Assembly (NCBI GenBank): GCA_038245975.1
Contig: JBBRRW010000001.1
Location: 1 to 50,738 of the forward strand
Length of the DNA: 50,738 bases
Source: Burkholderiales bacterium
GTDB lineage: Bacteria > Pseudomonadota > Gammaproteobacteria > Burkholderiales > Burkholderiaceae_D
Reading direction: 5' to 3'
The position numbers and the translations under genes were made by a program. Below, in pieces: positions 46,934 through 50,738 of this stretch. Numbering within the stretch: position 1 is the stretch's first letter; every line of letters begins with the position of its first letter. The notes beneath the pieces are model-generated. The model saw only the letters and a program-made list of their open reading frames with translations. It did no database searches and was not told the origin of the DNA.

Positions 46934-48598
46934 TCACGGCGATGGAGGGCACGTGGCGGCGACCGTCGCCGCGATCAGGTCCCGCAGTTCGCGCTTCATG
47001 ATCTTGCCTACCGGGCTGATCGGAAACGACGTCATCACTTCGAGCCTCTCGGGCAGCTTGAACGACGCGATCTGCTTGCCGCGCAGGAACGCGATCAGTT
47101 CGTCGAAGCCCAGCGTCTCGCCCGGCTTCGCGATCACGCACGCGCAGGCCTTCTCGCCGAACACCGGGTCGGGCATCGCGACCAGCACGACGGTCTGCAC
47201 CTTCGGGTGCGCGAAGATCAGGTTCTCCACTTCCTCGCAGCTGATCTTCTCGCCGCCGCGGTTGATCAGGTCCTTGCGCCGGCCTTCGGTGTAGATCTGG
47301 CGGCCGCGCTTGCGGACGATGTCGCCCATGCGATAGAAGCCGTCGGCGGTGAAGGCCTCGCGGTGCTTCGCGTGCGCGCCGGGTCCGTCGTCGCTCCAGT
47401 AGCCGCGGATGGTGTACGGGCCGCGCGTCAGCAATTCGCCCGGCTCGCCGTCCGCCACCTCGCGATCGGTGTCGTCGACGACCCTGATCTCGTCCCACGC
47501 GCTGACCGGCGACCCCGAGCTTTCCAGCAGCACCGCGTCGGGGTCGTCGAGCCGCGTCATGTTGATCAGCCCTTCGGCCGTGCCGTAGATCTCCTGCGGC
47601 GTACAGCCGAAGCGGTCGCGCAGCCGCGCCCGCAACTCGGGCGGCAGGCGCGCGCCGCCGTTCTGCACCACCTTCAGCGACGACCGGTCGTGCGCGTCGT
47701 CGATCGCGCCGTTGAGCCAGTTCGAGATCAGCGGCACGGCCGCCGCGATGACGGTGACCCGCTCGCGCGCGACCATCGCGAACACGGGGTCGGTGTCGGT
47801 CGACGGCGCGATGACGACGGTGCCGCCGTAGTAGAACGTGCCGAGCAGGCCCGGCGATGCGAGGTTGTAGTTGTGGCCGAGCGGCAGCAGCGCCATGAAG
47901 ACGGTGTCGGCGTCGAAGCCCGCGGCCGCGCCGCACAGTTTCGCGTTGAGCACGTAGTCGTCGTGGGTGCGCGGGATCAGCTTCGACAGCGACGTGGTGC
48001 CGCCGGACAGCAGCATCGTGCTGATGCTCGACGGGTCGACACGGACCGCTGCGAGGTGCGCCGACGTCCCGCGGCCGAATGCGTCGATCAGCGTGCGCAG
48101 CGAGATCTGCCCGGTCCCGGCCGCGCCGACGACGACGACATGCGCCAGCGTCGGAAACTCCACCTGCATCGCCTGCGCCATCGCGCGATAGTCGAAGCTG
48201 CCGACCACGTCCGCGACGACATAGGCCACGGCGCCGCTGGCGCGCAGGAAGTGACGGACCTCGGCGTGTCGATGCGCGCGCAACGCCATCACCGGGACCG
48301 CGTTGATGCGATTGAGTGCGAGGTACACCGTGACGAACTCGACGATGTTGGGGAGCTGCACGACGACGCGGTCGCCGGTGCGCAGGCCCATGGCGAGGAG
48401 CGCGGCGGCGAGGGTGTCGACCTCGTCGACCAGCGCGGCGTAGGTCAGGCGACGCGCCGCGGAGACGACCGCGGTCTTCGTGGGGAAGCGCTGCGCCGTG
48501 CGCGCGACCATCGCGGCGACGCCGATGCCCTCCCAGAGCCCCGCTTCGCGGTAGCGGGCGGCGAGGACTTCGGGCCAGGGGGTGAAGGTGTCGTGCAT
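46934..48598 (-). CDS. Aryl acid adenylating enzyme (DhbE/EntE/SdgA-like aryl-CoA or AMP ligase)
   Basis: WP...A.RYR.AG.W, LSGGTT...KLIPRTH.DY, HNY.L.SPG.LG, YG.AEGL.N, GPYT.RGY, FYR.GD, GR.KD.INRGGEK and FKLPER. Confidence 0.88.
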   Translation of the reverse strand: MHDTFTPWPEVLAARYREAGLWEGIGVAAMVARTAQRFPTKTAVVSAARRLTYAALVDEVDTLAAALLAMGLRTGDRVVVQLPNIVEFVTVYLALNRINAVPVMALRAHRHAEVRHFLRASGAVAYVVADVVGSFDYRAMAQAMQVEFPTLAHVVVVGAAGTGQISLRTLIDAFGRGTSAHLAAVRVDPSSISTMLLSGGTTSLSKLIPRTHDDYVLNAKLCGAAAGFDADTVFMALLPLGHNYNLASPGLLGTFYYGGTVVIAPSTDTDPVFAMVARERVTVIAAAVPLISNWLNGAIDDAHDRSSLKVVQNGGARLPPELRARLRDRFGCTPQEIYGTAEGLINMTRLDDPDAVLLESSGSPVSAWDEIRVVDDTDREVADGEPGELLTRGPYTIRGYWSDDGPGAHAKHREAFTADGFYRMGDIVRKRGRQIYTEGRRKDLINRGGEKISCEEVENLIFAHPKVQTVVLVAMPDPVFGEKACACVIAKPGETLGFDELIAFLRGKQIASFKLPERLEVMTSFPISPVGKIMKRELRDLIAATVAATCPPSP

Positions 48599-48618
48599 CG
48601 GCACTTTGCCTGTGTGTG

Positions 48619-48644
48619 CGCCTTCTCCCTGCGAGGGAAGGGCG
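48619..48644. repeat. Short REP-like hairpin in the intergenic gap
   Basis: cgccttctccct-gcg-agggaagggcg forms an imperfect stem with a pyrimidine/purine arm layout like the hpaG element. Confidence 0.45.
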
Positions 48645-48674
48645 GGACGGTGGCGCGCGAGGTCGCGCCGCCCC

Positions 48675-49850
48675 CTAACGTTCTTTCGGCAGCGGAGGGA
48701 ACCGCCGATCGGGATGCAGCTTCTCGTAGGCGTCCGCCAGTGCCGGGTCGCGCCTGCGCACCTCCGCATGATCCACCCGGCCGCTGCGCGTCACATAGTC
48801 GTACGCGAACGACACCGGATCGAGCGACCGTTTCGGCCCGAGGTGCTCGTACCACTCGGTGCTCTTCACGGCCGCCTTGCGCAGGTTTTCCGAGCCGGGC
48901 TGGCGGATGCGGACGAACGCGTCGAGCATTGCGGGCACGTCGTCGCCGTGCGCCCTGAACGCCTCGAACAGCGCGATCGAGTCCTGCATCGCGAGCCGCG
49001 TGCCCGACCCGACCGACGGATGCCCGGTGCGCAGCGCGTCGCCGATCAGGACCAGGTTGCCGTGATGCCAGTGCGCGTTGCTGACCATCGTGTAGCGGAA
49101 CCAGTTCGAGCGGTTGGACAGCAGACTGTGTCCCTGCAGGTCCTCCGCGAAGACCCGCTCGCAGTACGCCAGGCTCTCCGCTTCGCTCATCCGGTCCAGT
49201 CCCGACCGCGCGAAGGTGGCCGGGTCGCACTCGACGAGGAAGGTGCTCAGCGTCGGGCTGTAGCGATACGCATGCGCGATCACGAGGCCGTCGTCGGGTT
49301 GTCGGAAGATCAGCGACAGCGCATCGAAGAGCCGCGTCGTGCCGTACCACGCGAGCAGGTTGGGCCGCACATCGAGCGTCGTCTGGAAGTGGCTCGCGAA
49401 ACGCGTGCGCAGCGCGCTGTTGGCGCCGTCGGCCACCACGATCAGGTCGCAGGAGCCGAACACCGCGGGGTCGTCGATCCGCGAGCCGAACGCGATTGCG
49501 ACACCGACCTGGCGGCATTGCGCATGCAGCGCCTTCAGCAGGTCGATGCGCGCCATGCGGTGGAAGGTGTTGTGCGCGAGCGTGACCGCGACCCCGCGAT
49601 GCACGACCGCCATCTCGTCGAATACCTCCTGTTGCGCGGTCATCGCGTCGTACAGCTCCGGCGCGATGTCGCGCACGAAGGCCAGCGCGACGTCGGAGAA
49701 CACGACGCCCCAACCGTAGGTCGCGTCCTCGGCGTCGCGCTCGTGGATCACGATGTCGTGCGGTGCGCCTCCGAGCGCGATCTGCTCGCGCTGCATCAGG
49801 TAGCCGTAGAACAGCCCGGCGGGGCCACCGCCGACGATGCGGATCTTCAT
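48675..49850 (-). CDS. FAD-dependent monooxygenase (salicyloyl/anthraniloyl-CoA hydroxylase N-domain-like)
   Basis: GGGPAGL, TYGWGVVFS, R..LL..L, ADGANS, HAY.Y....STF.VEC and GDA..T.HPS.GSGTRLAM.D. Confidence 0.85.
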   Translation of the reverse strand: MKIRIVGGGPAGLFYGYLMQREQIALGGAPHDIVIHERDAEDATYGWGVVFSDVALAFVRDIAPELYDAMTAQQEVFDEMAVVHRGVAVTLAHNTFHRMARIDLLKALHAQCRQVGVAIAFGSRIDDPAVFGSCDLIVVADGANSALRTRFASHFQTTLDVRPNLLAWYGTTRLFDALSLIFRQPDDGLVIAHAYRYSPTLSTFLVECDPATFARSGLDRMSEAESLAYCERVFAEDLQGHSLLSNRSNWFRYTMVSNAHWHHGNLVLIGDALRTGHPSVGSGTRLAMQDSIALFEAFRAHGDDVPAMLDAFVRIRQPGSENLRKAAVKSTEWYEHLGPKRSLDPVSFAYDYVTRSGRVDHAEVRRRDPALADAYEKLHPDRRFPPLPKER

Positions 49851-50416
49851 GCGGCCTCCCCGCCGTTCCGCGCGGGCCCGACGCACCGTCGCAGCGAGCG
49901 GGCGCGTCCATCGAGCCTGCCGGGACGAACCGCCTCCGTTTCGCGATCGGCTCGCTGTGCATGGTCCGCGACCGAGGCGAGCGCGTCGCCGAGACGGTCG
50001 ATCAGGCGACAGCTTTCCAGCAGCGAGGCCTGTTCGGCAGCCGACAGGCGCTGCGCGATGACGTCGGCCAGCGACGCTTCGCGGCGATGGATGTCGGCCG
50101 TCAGCACGCGGACTCCCGCCGCCGTCAGCGACAGCAGCGTCTGCCGGGCATCACGCGGATGCAGGCGACGCCGGATGAGCTTCTCCGTCTCGACCTCGGC
50201 CAGCAGGCGGGTCAGCGTCTGCAGCTTCACGCGTTCGCATTGCGCGAGCCGCGTGGGCGTCATCGGGCCGAAGCGGTACAACTGTCCGAGCACGCCCAGC
50301 TTGGCCGCACCGGGACCGTCGGGGGCCGTGAGCGTCCGCAACTGCCGCGTGAGATGCGACACCGTGGCGCGTAGGCGGATCGCGGCATGGGCGGCGGGGG
50401 AAGAGGATGCAGACAT
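49847..50416 (-). CDS. MarR family transcriptional regulator
   Basis: L..L...GP.TP..LA..E.V..QT.TR....E...LI.R..HP.D.R...L.LT..G winged helix. ATGA overlap with the monooxygenase. Confidence 0.88.
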   Translation of the reverse strand: MSASSSPAAHAAIRLRATVSHLTRQLRTLTAPDGPGAAKLGVLGQLYRFGPMTPTRLAQCERVKLQTLTRLLAEVETEKLIRRRLHPRDARQTLLSLTAAGVRVLTADIHRREASLADVIAQRLSAAEQASLLESCRLIDRLGDALASVADHAQRADRETEAVRPGRLDGRARSLRRCVGPARNGGEAA

Positions 50417-50422
50417 GCGAAG

Positions 50423-50440
50423 ATTATAAGATCGACCTTA
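50423..50440 (-). promoter_or_regulatory. -10 box (TATAAT) for leaderless marR, overlapped by a near-palindromic operator TAAGATCGACCTTA
   Basis: ATTATA at 50423-50428 reads TATAAT on the minus strand, 6 nt before the ATG at 50416. TAAG-N6-CTTA dyad at 50427-50440. Confidence 0.55.
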
Positions 50441-50468
50441 CCATTGGGGAATCACCGGGGAGCCAGTG

Positions 50469-50738
50469 ATGCAATCGATTCACGACGCGGCGGCACGCGG
50501 CTTCGAGGCCAATGCCGACGGCTATGCGCGCGGGCGGCCCGACTACCCGCCGGCGCTCGATCGATGGCTGCACGACGTGGCGTGCATCGGTCCCGGCACG
50601 ACGGTGGTCGACCTCGGCGCGGGAACCGGCAAGTTCCTGCCCCGCCTGTCGTCCACCGGCGCCACGGTGATCGCGATCGAGCCGGTGGCAGCAATGCGGG
50701 CGCGGCTTTCCGCGGACTTCCCGGGCGTCGATGCGCGA
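50469..50738 (+). CDS. Class I SAM-dependent methyltransferase (partial, runs off the window end)
   Basis: MQSIH.AA..GF...A..YARGRPDYP, VVDLGAGTGKF and IAIEP...MR. Confidence 0.85.
   Translation, partial: MQSIHDAAARGFEANADGYARGRPDYPPALDRWLHDVACIGPGTTVVDLGAGTGKFLPRLSSTGATVIAIEPVAAMRARLSADFPGVDAR

Overview
High-GC bacterial chromosomal window, most consistent with a Betaproteobacterium (PEP-CTERM protein, Burkholderiales-type hpa genes and palindromic repeats). It holds about 40 genes. These include two secreted S9 oligopeptidases flanking a membrane protein with a BRO-N-like domain, a decayed DUF433/PIN toxin-antitoxin pair, a PEP-CTERM SGNH-like protein, a GH15-gnd-zwf-HAD-pgl oxidative pentose phosphate cluster and an S1/P1 nuclease. 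There are four c-di-GMP enzymes, one of them frameshifted. A Liv-type ABC importer precedes a rearranged hpa-like aromatic meta-cleavage operon (hpaG-hpaE-ligA/ligB-like-hpaF-class II aldolase-acetoacetate CoA ligase). Further on are an HNH nuclease, an EamA transporter, a GST, orphan hmuUV, an ArsB-like transporter and a MarR-monooxygenase-aryl-CoA ligase operon. No rRNA, tRNA, CRISPR array or transposase was seen. The most unusual signals are: (1) a REPIN-like inverted repeat translated in frame inside hpaG; (2) strand-polarised loss of synonymous cytosines converging on the palindromic elements from both sides; (3) apparent replacement of hpaD by a two-subunit LigAB-type dioxygenase; (4) the membrane-anchored BRO-N-like protein; (5) several genes collapsed by internal deletions. 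All calls come from motif recognition by eye, and no database searches were run.
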